Positions 26,156 to 36,997 of a stretch of 56,829 bases of DNA are shown one piece after another. Positions within the stretch are counted from its first letter, which is position 1. Every line of letters begins with the position of its first letter. This DNA comes from Dimargaris cristalligena. Taxonomy: Eukaryota. The notes beneath the pieces were generated by a model that ran no database searches, was not told the DNA's origin, and saw nothing but the letters and a program-made list of their open reading frames with translations. Location: positions 1-56,829 of the forward strand of contig ML002255.1 in NCBI GenBank assembly GCA_003614675.1, given 5' to 3'. Made by a program: the position numbers and the translations under genes.

Positions 26156-26419
26156 TTACTCCACCTTGCCGCCGGTTTTGGAGTTAGCATCAGTTTTTTT
26201 CTCGTGACCGGTATATTCGCGGAACTTCTCGATGCCCTTATCAAGCGCTTTTTCAAGGCCAATATGCACTGCCACTTCTTTCAGTAGTTCACCGCTAATG
26301 AGGGCCCGTCGTTGCAAGGGGGGTGAAGGGTCGGAGATAGTGTGTATAGGGAATAGGTGGACAGCCGAGGTGAATACCACAACTACTACGGCGGCAGTTG
26401 ATAACCAGTGCGGATACAT
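26156..26419 (-). CDS. Small putatively secreted prepropeptide (87 aa) with LQRR dibasic site and helical 49-aa mature region
   Basis: Hydrophobic N-terminus (WLSTAAVVVVVFTSA), short Pro-rich spacer, LQRR, then ALISGELLKEVAVHIGLEKALDKGIEKFREY...; same strand and architecture as the neighbouring peptide genes. Confidence 0.6.
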   Translation of the reverse strand: MYPHWLSTAAVVVVVFTSAVHLFPIHTISDPSPPLQRRALISGELLKEVAVHIGLEKALDKGIEKFREYTGHEKKTDANSKTGGKVE

Positions 26420-28410
26420 ACTAATTGAACTAATTCGGAGGGTTTGGCTTGGGTGAGAACGGTCTCGTCTGTATAGTCTTGCGTGTCGGATTAGATTGGA
26501 TTGGATGGGGCGTAGTTTGTGGAGTGAGTCCTAAAAATCCATCAAGCCAAAGAGTAAGTTAAATAGATACCACGAATTAATGAAAGCAGGTCGGTGAGGA
26601 TGGCGCCTAGGGCGATATGGTGATACACTCGAAAGTGAATTATCTTCGGATTATCGGGTGGCCTCAGTTAATCACCGTTGTTTGGTTTTCGAGGGAGTGA
26701 AGTAATAAATGGTATCATGTGGAGGCATGGTTGCTATTGTCTGCGTTAAACATTTTACGGACCTTTTGGCAGTAGAGGGGGGTATGCAGATATGAGGTAT
26801 ACGAGGTATATATATACAAAACCAGTAGCATAGATACAACATCCTCTATGACGGTGGGTCCGGTTTATATATATATGTAATTATTACAGGTCGAACCAAC
26901 TAACCCCTCTGTCTCCGGGGACATGGGGTAAAGTATTACGCGAAGGTATAGGCCTGCGTTTATGTTGCTAAGGCGCCAAGGTATTTTTTGAAGCCACGTC
27001 AAATAGTTTGGTAATCCAAGCGACTGGTGGAGGGGAGAGAGGGGGGGGGGGGCTATCAATAAATCCGCTTCATTATTGGCGGTACCCATCGAGGAAGAGA
27101 GGGCGGTGGAGCCCCATGTTATCCGCCAAAACAACCGAAAAGAAGGAATGCCTTTTGAGCACGAATAGTATTATTTGCCATTCACCTGCCTGTCCGGCCA
27201 TACATTTTCTTGTCTGGCTTGGCAGCCTATTGGCCGGAATATCTTTTTTTCCGAAACATGGTCAGTATGACCCCCATTGCCAATTCCTTGGCCGTTCGAT
27301 GAAGGAATTGAGGAGTAGGAGCGACATCTAGTGCATCACTAAGCGGGTATATGAGCCCAAGGGTAAAGACAAAAATAGGCCCAGATGATCTACGCACAAT
27401 CCCTCTCCCCTCCCTACTCATTGGTGTATGTGTCTGTCCGTCCACCAATCCATAGTTCACGGTGGCTCGGGCCCTTGGATAAACCATTTATGCGTGGTAT
27501 ACGGCGGTTGGATAATTGGAAGGGAAGAGGGTGAGTGCGGTTCATTCTACTAGCCCGTTGAACTAGCGCTCTGCCCCATCCATCGCCTCCACATTTACCC
27601 AATCACCGGACTTCCTACAAGCATGCGGGGAGCGCTAGAAATGGAGGGGGGAGGAGTAGACTCACCGCAGGTTTGTACCATTAGCCGACTACCAGATGTA
27701 AGCGGCCGGCCCTTCCACCACACAGGTACACAGGGCAATGTCCTTTGCGTTTCTGGCATCGACTTGGTGCTGGGCATAATTCCCTAAAAACGCACCATGC
27801 AATAAGGATGCCTTACTATGAACTCACTGGCCTATATGGAATCATGGAAACGAAAAAAAAAAAACCTTATCACCGCCACAAGTAAATATTCGGAAACCTA
27901 AACCCGAGTCCCGGTTGTATCCTTTCAGCGTTTTTCGGCTAAAATCACATATATGGTAAATTGATACATAAAAATAAGCAACAGGATTTAAACACCCTCC
28001 CCGCCCTTTCGACAAGCTATATGATAACAATGGTTAAAAACATAAGGTATTTAAAGAGAAATCGAGGCGACCACGGTCTTCATTTGATTGTTTATAATAA
28101 CACAGCGTGTCTGGCGGCAATGTAGGTGAATGAGCCACACAAACCTAAGTCAACGAAGCCGTCCAACATGTAATGGGGGTGGGGGTTTTTGTGGACGGTA
28201 TGAGTATATATCGTATATCTGTACCACTATGTCCCCCGGGTAATTCCCTAATTCTGAGCAACAGGATCCAAACATATAACCAGCCGTAAGCCCCAGAGAG
28301 GCTTTATACAACCAGCTCATTAATAGTCTCATGAAATACCAGTTTATCCTTTTTGTTTGCAGGGTGGATATATGTTTATTGAAAAAGTAGGACGCGCCCT
28401 CACAATAGGG

Positions 28411-28451
<41 letters not shown>

Positions 28452-28583
28452 TAAAAGTCCTGCGAAGGGTAACCATGACTGGATTTTGAATACATACCAA
28501 CTGTGGTGCAAATATCGCTCAAGGCACACGAACAGATGTGGAGGTGGGGAAATCCTGATGGAAAGAATGCTATTTTGAGATTA

Positions 28584-28817
28584 TTATTTGGAGCCAGAAC
28601 CACTGATGGCCCTATTGACACCAGCTTCTGCCCCAGCGTTAGTGGCTGCTTTGCCAGCACTTGATTTGAATAACCTCTTTCCGAAACCAATCGCTTTACC
28701 TAAAATACTATTAGCGCGCTTTTCTAGGACCGGGGCAGCGTGGACGGGAGGTTCTGCTACAAGGTAAACGGCGATAGTCAAAGCTACGAGAGTGGGGATG
28801 GCAGAAGTTAAACGCAT
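28584..28817 (-). CDS. Secreted cationic amphipathic prepropeptide, paralogue A (77 aa)
   Basis: Signal peptide MRLTSAIPTLVALTIAVYLVAEPPVHA, pro-segment APVLEKR, mature ANSILGKAIGFGKRLFKSSAGKAATNAGAEAGVNRAISGSGSK. Frame, length and stop are conserved with paralogue B; prepro changes are mostly synonymous. Confidence 0.85.
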   Translation of the reverse strand: MRLTSAIPTLVALTIAVYLVAEPPVHAAPVLEKRANSILGKAIGFGKRLFKSSAGKAATNAGAEAGVNRAISGSGSK

Positions 28818-29045
28818 GGTGTACGGGGGGAAGTAGGGGTGAGATTGGAGAAAAGAAATATAGGTGTGGAAAATAGGGCCGAAAATTGCAGTGTAGCGAG
28901 CAGAGTTGACTTGGAGGAGTAAATGATAGGAAATGATGGGTATATTGCTAAATGGTAAATGTTAGGATGATGCGGATGAAAGTACGAAAATGATGCTAAT
29001 GGATAGGGTGATAAGGATAGGGTAGGTAAGCTGGATAAACAGGGC

Positions 29046-29053
29046 TTTATATA
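29046..29053 (-). promoter_or_regulatory. Candidate TATA box (TATATAAA) of peptide paralogue A
   Basis: GTATATAAAGCCCTGTTT on the minus strand ~230 bp upstream of the ATG; conserved in the duplicate. Confidence 0.55.
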
Positions 29054-30651
29054 CATTACGTGAAGTAATAGATAGACACTAGCCACCCCACTAACTGTCG
29101 GGGAATGGTATCTTTCTCGCCCGTCTTTTACACAAAAACATGTAGCCCTTGCAACGGAATAAATCGGCCCCGACATGAAATAATCGTCCAATCGTCCATT
29201 TTCATCATAGTGGGCTATATCGCTCAATGGACTAGTCATTGATGACATTACCAAGGCTGCATGATACGCCTACCCTCACCAATACTATAATTATAGATGA
29301 ACATCCAACAATGGAGAGGGCGAGGGGATTGTCGGTTAAATATGAGGTAATCGCGGGATGTAATGCCCCATCGATAGAGTCGAACGTAGCAGCCACCCAA
29401 TCGCCTGTGGCCCCCCATGACCAATGCATTAGTTTGGGCGATCGTCTCTGATCCGTGGAATCCACCCATTTACTATCACTGTACTCTGCTATTTAGGTTA
29501 TAGGTATGATAATATCCCTATCTGCGGGAGGGGGGGTAACGGCTATGTGCATGGTGCCTTTTGCTGGTAAGGGATGTGGGATGTGAAAGCTAGAAGTTAC
29601 CAGTCACTTTATATCAGGCATCGTAATGACTCGCACACCATGCCAGGTCACTACCCCCTCCCGAAGAAGGCACTGTCAAATTTAAAATGAACTTCTTGCC
29701 GTACTAACATCAACTATCCCACCAGCAGGTGAAGACAGTTAGATAACGTAGGCAGGGCGAATAATTCGATTGAAACCATTGGAGTTGAAGGGGGGGATAC
29801 ATAGGATTATAGACGGAGCGGAGAAGGGAAATATGAAAAAAATATATTAATCGAAGTCGAGGGGTTGTAATAAAGAAAAGAGGGAGGTGAGAAACAATGG
29901 GCCGTGGAACAATGTTGGATTTTTCTTTTCGTTATAGCACCCCCCGCTATACAACCACAGTTAAACGCCAGGGTTTCCAGCTTTACCGACTATTGAGGAT
30001 GTAGGCTCTTTTAAACATCAACTGCCCCCGCCCCTACCCATGCCCTCACCCCCCTCCTTTACCTCTGTGCCCATACTTTAACCCTGTCCCTCCTCTTTCA
30101 ATCGATCAACATCTGGGGCTAGGGTTATCCACAATTACGGATAGAGCTCGTTCAGTGAGCTGTAATAAAATTTTTGATTTCGCTTGTTTAGCGGGTGATT
30201 CATTCATCCCAATGGGCTAGCTGTCAGTCCTATCGATAGTTACTATGGTATATAGATACAAAGGACGTACCTGCGGTAGAATCACTAATCGCTGTTTCGG
30301 TACTGACATTCCAAGATTACCTGGTTTATTGAAAATTGTGGCGCTCAGTTCTAATAGTCACTCGATGGATTTGGGTAAGGTCGTCTTATATATGTATGGT
30401 TGATATTATGCGGTGGATAGAGTCTAAAACTTGCATGGTTGGTATGTAAACAACTTATTTGCCAATAACTTACCAGATGTGACGGATTTGTTTCCTTAGG
30501 TGGTATGTGTGCTTGTGTTTTTGTTTGTGTGAGAGTGAGAGTGAGGGCACAGTATAGGTAGGGAATATTCCGCATCTACGGACCTTTGCCCATTATGATA
30601 CTGATTTCTTCAAGCTATTACCTAGACCAGTTGTTATTATCATTGTAATTG

Positions 30652-30795
30652 ATTTAGGTAAAATTTGGCCAGATTATATAAAATTTCCAATGGCATTCTC
30701 ATATATTACACAGGTCGGCAATTTATTCTTAACTAGTGGAATTTACCTTATCCAACGGTTTTTTGTTATAAAGTCTGAATGAATCTCTCCAATAT
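30652..30795 (+). mobile_element. Degenerate 144-bp MITE-like element, copy 5
   Basis: ATTT-AGGTAAAATTTG...TTTTTGTTATAAAGTCTGAATGAATCTCTCCA-ATAT; same length and internal motifs as the other copies. Confidence 0.6.
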
Positions 30796-30844
30796 CTTTT
30801 AAAATAGGAAACACGACTTCAACTCCTACCCCTTTGGCAAACTA

Positions 30845-32160
30845 CAGTGGTACAAATTAGTATAGTAATGGGTTGAACTCCTGGTGCAGGGGGGGTATTG
30901 CTCAGGATCAAATAAACATAAAAATAAATGACTTCCATTAGAAGAAAGCCCTGCTTATCTTGTATATTCACACAACATCATGAGTTTATAATAGCTTCAT
31001 ATAAAAATGTAATGAGGGTTTGAAAATGACTGGTGTACTGATACCCTTTTTCATGCTATCAATAAATAGCTCATTTATTTCTCTGGATTTGAATATCAAC
31101 AAAAATTATTGTGATACAGCTAATAGCTTTCTGCATTTCCTAACTTCTCTTTTTCTCTAACTATAGGCTGATCTTTCTACTCATTATGAAGCTCATAACT
31201 AGGCCAACAAACACAATATCCTGCAGTACTCCTGCAATGACAATAACTACTGAAAAAATATCAAGGTACTTGGTTTAGGCCTTACTACAGTATACTTGGT
31301 TGTTAATAGGGTGCATCCATGCTCTATTCAGGTAACATTATTGTAAAAATAGACCACCCTCACAAGCTATATCAGTGGGATAGGCTGTATCATGTCAGCT
31401 AGATCATGCTAGGAGGGGTGGAAACAGTTGTGGATATCCACAGATTGCTCAGAGGCAATTGGTGTGTCTGTGTATATTAATATGATACATAACAGCCCCC
31501 ACTCAAAGAGATTGTGTGGGGTTGCCAAGCCCAACAAGAATTATTTATCTCCATAAATAGTGTTAAGGAGTATTTTGTTTGGATAGTTGCTTATATAGGT
31601 TGGACTCTGTATAACTGGAAGAGGATTGTATAGGTTAAGAAGACTAACACCATATGTTTCAGGTCTAATGACCACCCCTATATGTAGAAAGATTGGGCTA
31701 AGAAGTTCTAATTGTGCCACATTGATAAAAATATAAAATATGAGATGAAAAATATCTAGTATTAGAGCTATACTATGTTTGATAATAATTACTAAATTGT
31801 CAAGATTGGCAACATACTAAACCAGTACCTCTATAAGAGTATCCTCAAGGAAAATATGTTCTCCTTAGGCATACATCACTGGACCAATACTGACCATATA
31901 ATCTTTTAGTAGAATAATGGCCTTGAATACACAGCTAAATTTGTCCAAAAATAAGTTGCATAGTAACTATTGAACACATACAGACCCTACTTGAAAATTA
32001 TCCCTAATGTGACTATGAATGATTACCTAGGGGGAAGCCCAAGCACCTGGAAAGGATTGAAGCAGCATGATACAGCGCCACCAAAATTAAATGTGGGATA
32101 GTCAATGGCACTTTGCCCATATGCTGCAAGTAAGTGTGTATTGCTGCAAAGTGCAGGATT
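30845..32160 (+). mobile_element. Degenerate Tc1/mariner (Tc1-type) DNA transposon; transposase pseudogene ~31186-32156
   Basis: Possible left end TA|CAGTGG at 30843-30850. Translation from 31601 gives WTLYNWKRIV*VKKTN..FRSND (cf. WTxDDWKRVIWSDETK..FGSDG), LYKSILKENM, and IF**NNGLEYTAK at 31901 (cf. IFQQDNxPxHTAK); C-terminal ERIEAA*...CIAAK. Confidence 0.85.
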
Positions 32161-33778
32161 GGGGAAAGTCGATTTTTTATCGATTTTATCGGGTACGATC
32201 ATTTTCATATTTATTCATGTTGTTATGACGGAGGCAAAGCCATTACTTCAACAATATACACCATCATCACCACTGAAACCGTGGGCGGAAAGCGACCGTT
32301 TATAACAAAGCTCGATAACAGAAAACAGCAGTTATCGATTACGAATAACCATCGCTAGTGACCGCGTGAATACCCCGGTGATATTACATGAACTATTCAT
32401 ATCCGAATGTTTTATTTGAACCCGCCTTTCTCCTCCCTGATTTGGAGAGCATGGATAAGAGCCCGAATATGATCACAAGTACGATTTTCTAGCTATTCTA
32501 ATTATATTATTCTTTAAGATTATTGTCTCCCGAGTATTTCTTATGAATTATTCTATAAATCAGTTTTTGAATGGTTCTTTCTAGTAGACCATCCGTTCGC
32601 TTATCAGCAAAGGATCCACGAAGGTGAAGCCGCAAGTAACCAGGATTCCTTGGGCTCGTTTACGTTAGCCCGGTTCTATTGGATGTTTGATTCTTTTTTA
32701 TAAATAATTTTAATACTCGTTAAATATTCTTATGTCTCGAATGCCCCGGTACCGTTCTGTCTTTCCGAGGGAAACAGAGTCCTCATCATCGTCAGTGTCA
32801 TCATCACCGGTTTCTCGGCCAAGTTTCCCGGAAGTTCGGAGTCTTGCCTCAAGTACCCTCGTGCGGTCTGGTGGCCTACAACCCGAAAGGGCCACGCCGA
32901 ACCCTCCTGGATCCCCGGGTCGTGGCAATACAAGTGATCACTAATAAGGACTACTAAGTGGACTATCAATTGACTTTTATTAGCCCATCAGCGCTTTATT
33001 AGACTTAAAGAAGTGGATTAATATACTAGTTATTTTCAATCCCCCATATCTTGTTTTAGAATGCAGTTATAAACTTATAGTTCTGCTTGTATATACTAGA
33101 AAAGTATGACATTCTCCTAGCGGCACCTATTTATTTATCTCTTCATTAGATCCCGGGCAATTGAACCACAAATTCAATAGGTCAAAGCGTTGATAGTTTC
33201 TTTTCGAGCCACTGTATATGGTGGCATCGACCAACGATGGATGGCATTTATAGGGAAATTGAAGTGGCCACGATCTTCGCGTGATTGTCTAAAAAAACCC
33301 CGGCTTGTCTGACGGTAGTGAAGGCGAATGGGTCACACTATCCTAAGCCAGCGGAGCTGCCCAAAATTTAATGGGGCTGTAGTTTCATGTATATAATAAG
33401 GGTACGAATAATATATCTGCCTCACCATGCCTCCTGGGTAATTACATACAGGCGGAAAACGGTATTCAAATACATAATTGGTCATAAGCCCTGGAGAGGC
33501 TTTGTACCATATTTTTATAAATAATTTTGTGTAATACCCATTCATTATGTTTTGCTTGCAGGGTGAATATATATGTTTATTGAAAAAGTAGGACACACCC
33601 ACAAAAATAGAGTGTCTTTTATATATGCACCAATACACCCATACTGAAAGCCCTGCCAAGGTTGAACCAAGTATAAATTTCGAATACATGCAGAATGAGG
33701 GGGTGGATATCGCTAAAGGTATACGGACATATAGATGGGCGTGGAATCGTTGACGAAATACACGTTATATTGAGAGTA

Positions 33779-34012
33779 TTACTTTGCGCCAGAACCACTG
33801 ATGGCCTTATTGACTCCAGCTTCTGCCCCGGCGGTGATAGCTGCTTTGCCAGCACTTGACCCAAATATTCTCTTTCCGACATTAATCGCTTTGCGGAAAA
33901 TACTAGGAGCGCGCTTTTCTAGGACTGGGGCGGCGTGGACGGGAGGTTCCGCGACAAGGTAAACGGCGATAGTCAAAGCTACCAGGGTGGGGATGGTGGA
34001 AGTTAAACGCAT
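33779..34012 (-). CDS. Secreted cationic amphipathic prepropeptide, paralogue B (77 aa)
   Basis: MRLTSTIPTLVALTIAVYLVAEPPVHAAPVLEKR|APSIFRKAINVGKRIFGSSAGKAAITAGAEAGVNKAISGSGAK. Confidence 0.85.
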   Translation of the reverse strand: MRLTSTIPTLVALTIAVYLVAEPPVHAAPVLEKRAPSIFRKAINVGKRIFGSSAGKAAITAGAEAGVNKAISGSGAK

Positions 34013-34248
34013 GGTGTACGGGGGGGGGGGAAATGGGGGTGAGATTGGAGTAAAGCAATATAAGTGTGGAAAAAGGGGCGGAAAATTGCAGTGTAGCGAG
34101 CAGAGTTGACTTTGAGGAGTAAATGATCAGAAATGGTGTGGGTATAGTGCTAAATGGTAAATGTTAGGATGATGCGGATGCAAATACAGCAGTGATAATT
34201 AATGACAAGAGTGATAAGGATACGAAATGTAGGCAGACTAAACAGGGC

Positions 34249-34256
34249 TTTATATA
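34249..34256 (-). promoter_or_regulatory. Candidate TATA box of peptide paralogue B
   Basis: GTATATAAAGCCCTGTTT on the minus strand, same context as in copy A. Confidence 0.55.
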
Positions 34257-36439
34257 CACCATGTGAAGTAATTGATAGATACTAGCCACTCCACTAGCTG
34301 TCGGGGAATGGCTCCTTTCTCGCCCGTCTTTTACAGGAAGACATGCAGTCCTTGCAATGGGATGAATCAACCCCGACCGGTGGAACAATCGCCAACTCGT
34401 TCATTTACAAGATTTACAGCCATTAATCTAGGTGGACTAGTCATTGTTATGAACAGCATGGCTGCAGGATAAACCCACCTTCCTCAATACTATTATCGTA
34501 GATGGGCAACCAACAAAGGAGAGGGTGGGGAGGAGGAGGGGGGTGATCCTTTTAAATGTGGTAATCACGAGCCGTAGTGCCCCGTCGATAGAGTAGAACG
34601 TAGCGGTCATCCAGTCGCCTGTAACCCCCCACTACCAAAGTACTAGTTTTGCCGGCCGTCCCTGATAAGTGGCGACCACGCCTTTGCTGCCTCTGTATTC
34701 CACTTTTATGGTTGTAGGTATGATTAACGCCCTTTCCGTGGTATGTGTGGTGACGGTTGCGTATATGGTGCCTTTTGCCAGCGTGGGATGTGAACATTAC
34801 AAGATGTTTGGAACTTTCCATCAGTCTTCACAATTACGCGCCAAATATGCAAAAAGTCGCCACCCCATCCCAAAAAAGAAGACGTTATCCAATTTAAAGT
34901 AGGGCCCTTACCGTATTAACATTAATGGCCCCTCCAGCAGGTGAGGGCGGCTAGGTGATCTAGCAGGGCGGATAATACGATTGAAAATATTAGAGTGGGA
35001 GGGGAGCTGGATTGGTGGGTAATACAAATGATTACAGGCGGATCAGGGAAGGAAAAGGGGGGGAAACTATATATTAATAGAAGAGGAGGGGTTGTAATAA
35101 AGAAAAGAGGGAGGGGAGAAACAATGAGTTGTAGATTAATGTCGGGTTTTCCTCGCATTGTAGCGCTCCCTGCTATACGACCACAATAAAGCACCAGGGT
35201 ATATGGCCCCGTCAACTACCAGAAGGTGCAAGTTATTTTAGGCCTTAAATACCCCTGCTCAAAACCACACACCCACTCTTCCCCCCTCCTTCACCTCTGC
35301 GATCGTTCTTTAACTCTGCCCCTCCCCTTCCAACTGATCAACATCTGGGACTGGAGCCAACCATAAGGACGGAAAGAGTTTATTCAGTGGATTGTAAGAG
35401 TTGCTTGGTCAGCGGTTTATTCATCCCAATGGGCCGGCTTTCAACCCAGTTGCTGTCTAATGGAAAGCTCAATGGTAGGACCGGGCTTTATTGACTGTAA
35501 ATATATATATGGCCAATATTTCCTACTCCCATTTTATTATACGCCCTATGTAGCTGGGTCGAAATTACGCCCATGGACCTCAGCCCTTTCCACCCTATCT
35601 ATATTGCTTTATACAGTGCCGATGTACAAAGAAGGTGAACAAGTAGTAGAGTCACCGGCCGCTGTTTCGGTATTGTCATTTTGAGAGTAGGACCAGCTTA
35701 GTTCAGTTAAGGACACTCGGCTTTAATAGTCACACGTTTTGTTTGTTTGTTGGGCAAGGTCTTCATGCATAATTAGGGTTAGTATTGTGCGGCGGATAAC
35801 ATAAAATGTCTGTATGGCTAATGGGCAGCCGACTCATCCGCTGATGACTTATTAGATGTGCCAGTGTGAGTATGAGGGCATCTCGTAAATGGGTATTATT
35901 TCGCGCTCTTGAGCGTCTGTCCATTATGCAACTAGCTTCTTCTAGCTATTGCCTAGATTAATTGCTATTAGCATTGTAATGGGCATAATCAACTTAGGTG
36001 CGCCCGTGTTATTTTGACAACCCTATAAAATGAAAATGCCCAATTTATGGAGCCACTCTATAGTACCATACTTACTCTACTAGAATGTTTGAAACTTATG
36101 TATATGGTAAGAAACGCAAGGTATTATATATTAATGGCTACTGATGGGGTAAAATGGAGGAGGATCTCTCACATTGAATCAATACTTTAATGGAACATCT
36201 ATGGTCTTCTTCTGCCTGGGTTTTTAGGTCACCTGACTTTATAGTCCCAGGTCTATCTCCAAGAAGCACGAAGTCTCTCCTCTCCTACGCTTCCTCAGAA
36301 TCGCTAACTTACCATGGCAATTGGCCAGGATATGCGGAGTCTTGGCAGATGAGAGATGACCTATATTCCCATTCCATTCCATTCCCTCTCCAATTCATCA
36401 TTTGTTTTTTTTTTGGATTTTCGTAACTAATTAAATAAC

Positions 36440-36997
36440 ATGGCTACGTCTACTACCCCCGTCACCAACGCCGACCTCCCCTACGAATGGCACCAAACGC
36501 TCGCCGATGTGGACATTAGCATCCCCCTTCCCGCCGGCACTCGTGCGCGCGACCTCCAAGTAGTGATTCAGAAGTCGCGTATCCGCATCGCCCCCAAGGC
36601 ATCTTCTACTTCTTCTTCTTCTTCTTCCCCTTTGCTCGAAGGCGACCTATTCGCCGCGGTCCAAGTCGACGACAGCACCTGGACCATCGAGGACCAGTGC
36701 CTTTTACTGGTACACCTCGAAAAGCAAAACCGCATGCAGTGGTGGCCCCACGTCGTGACCCACCATCCCCAGATTGACGTGACCAAGATCCAGCCGGAGA
36801 ACTCGAAACTGTCCGATTTGGACGGGGAAACGCGGGGAATGGTCGAGAAAATGATGTACGAACAACAGCAAAAGGCCCGCGGGGAAACGGCGGGAGCGGG
36901 GGCCGATGGTGAGGAGGCCCGTAAACGGCAGATGCTCGAACAGTTTAAACAACAGCACCCGGAAATGGACTTTAGTCAGGCTAAAGTGGATATGTAA
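36440..36997 (+). CDS. nudC: Nuclear movement protein NudC (CS/p23 domain plus C-terminal domain)
   Basis: YEWHQTLADVDI, DDSTWTIED, HLEKQNRMQWWPHVV, PENSKLSDLDGETRGMVEKMMY, FKQQHPEMDFS. Confidence 0.95.
   Translation: MATSTTPVTNADLPYEWHQTLADVDISIPLPAGTRARDLQVVIQKSRIRIAPKASSTSSSSSSPLLEGDLFAAVQVDDSTWTIEDQCLLLVHLEKQNRMQWWPHVVTHHPQIDVTKIQPENSKLSDLDGETRGMVEKMMYEQQQKARGETAGAGADGEEARKRQMLEQFKQQHPEMDFSQAKVDM

Larger units (their letters stand above)
28020..30660. repeat. Segmental duplication, copy A (partner ~33215-36000); boundaries approximate
   Basis: Colinear alignable blocks: TGTTTATTGAAAAAGTAGGAC, the peptide CDS, GAAAATTGCAGTGTAGCGAGCAGAGTTGACTT, GATCAACATCTGGG, TTCATCCCAATGGGC, AGCTATT.CCTAGA. 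Confidence 0.9.
33215..36000. repeat. Segmental duplication, copy B (partner ~28020-30660); boundaries approximate
   Basis: Direct-orientation homology to copy A at an offset of ~5.2-5.3 kb. Confidence 0.9.

Noticed and set aside
28150-28500. ORFs downstream of the peptide genes (28150-28500 and 33333-33689) as paralogous proteins
   Set aside because: Similarity comes from the DNA duplication. Starts are not conserved, one copy runs through an (AT)n microsatellite, and the region is likely 3' UTR or intergenic
32732-32944. 70-aa Ser-rich ORF in the duplication spacer
   Set aside because: No signal peptide, homology or paralogue support
33200-33216. CCACTG-TA as the right TIR of the Tc1 relic
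   Set aside because: Only 6 bp match the putative left end, and the site lies at the edge of the duplicated segment; insufficient support
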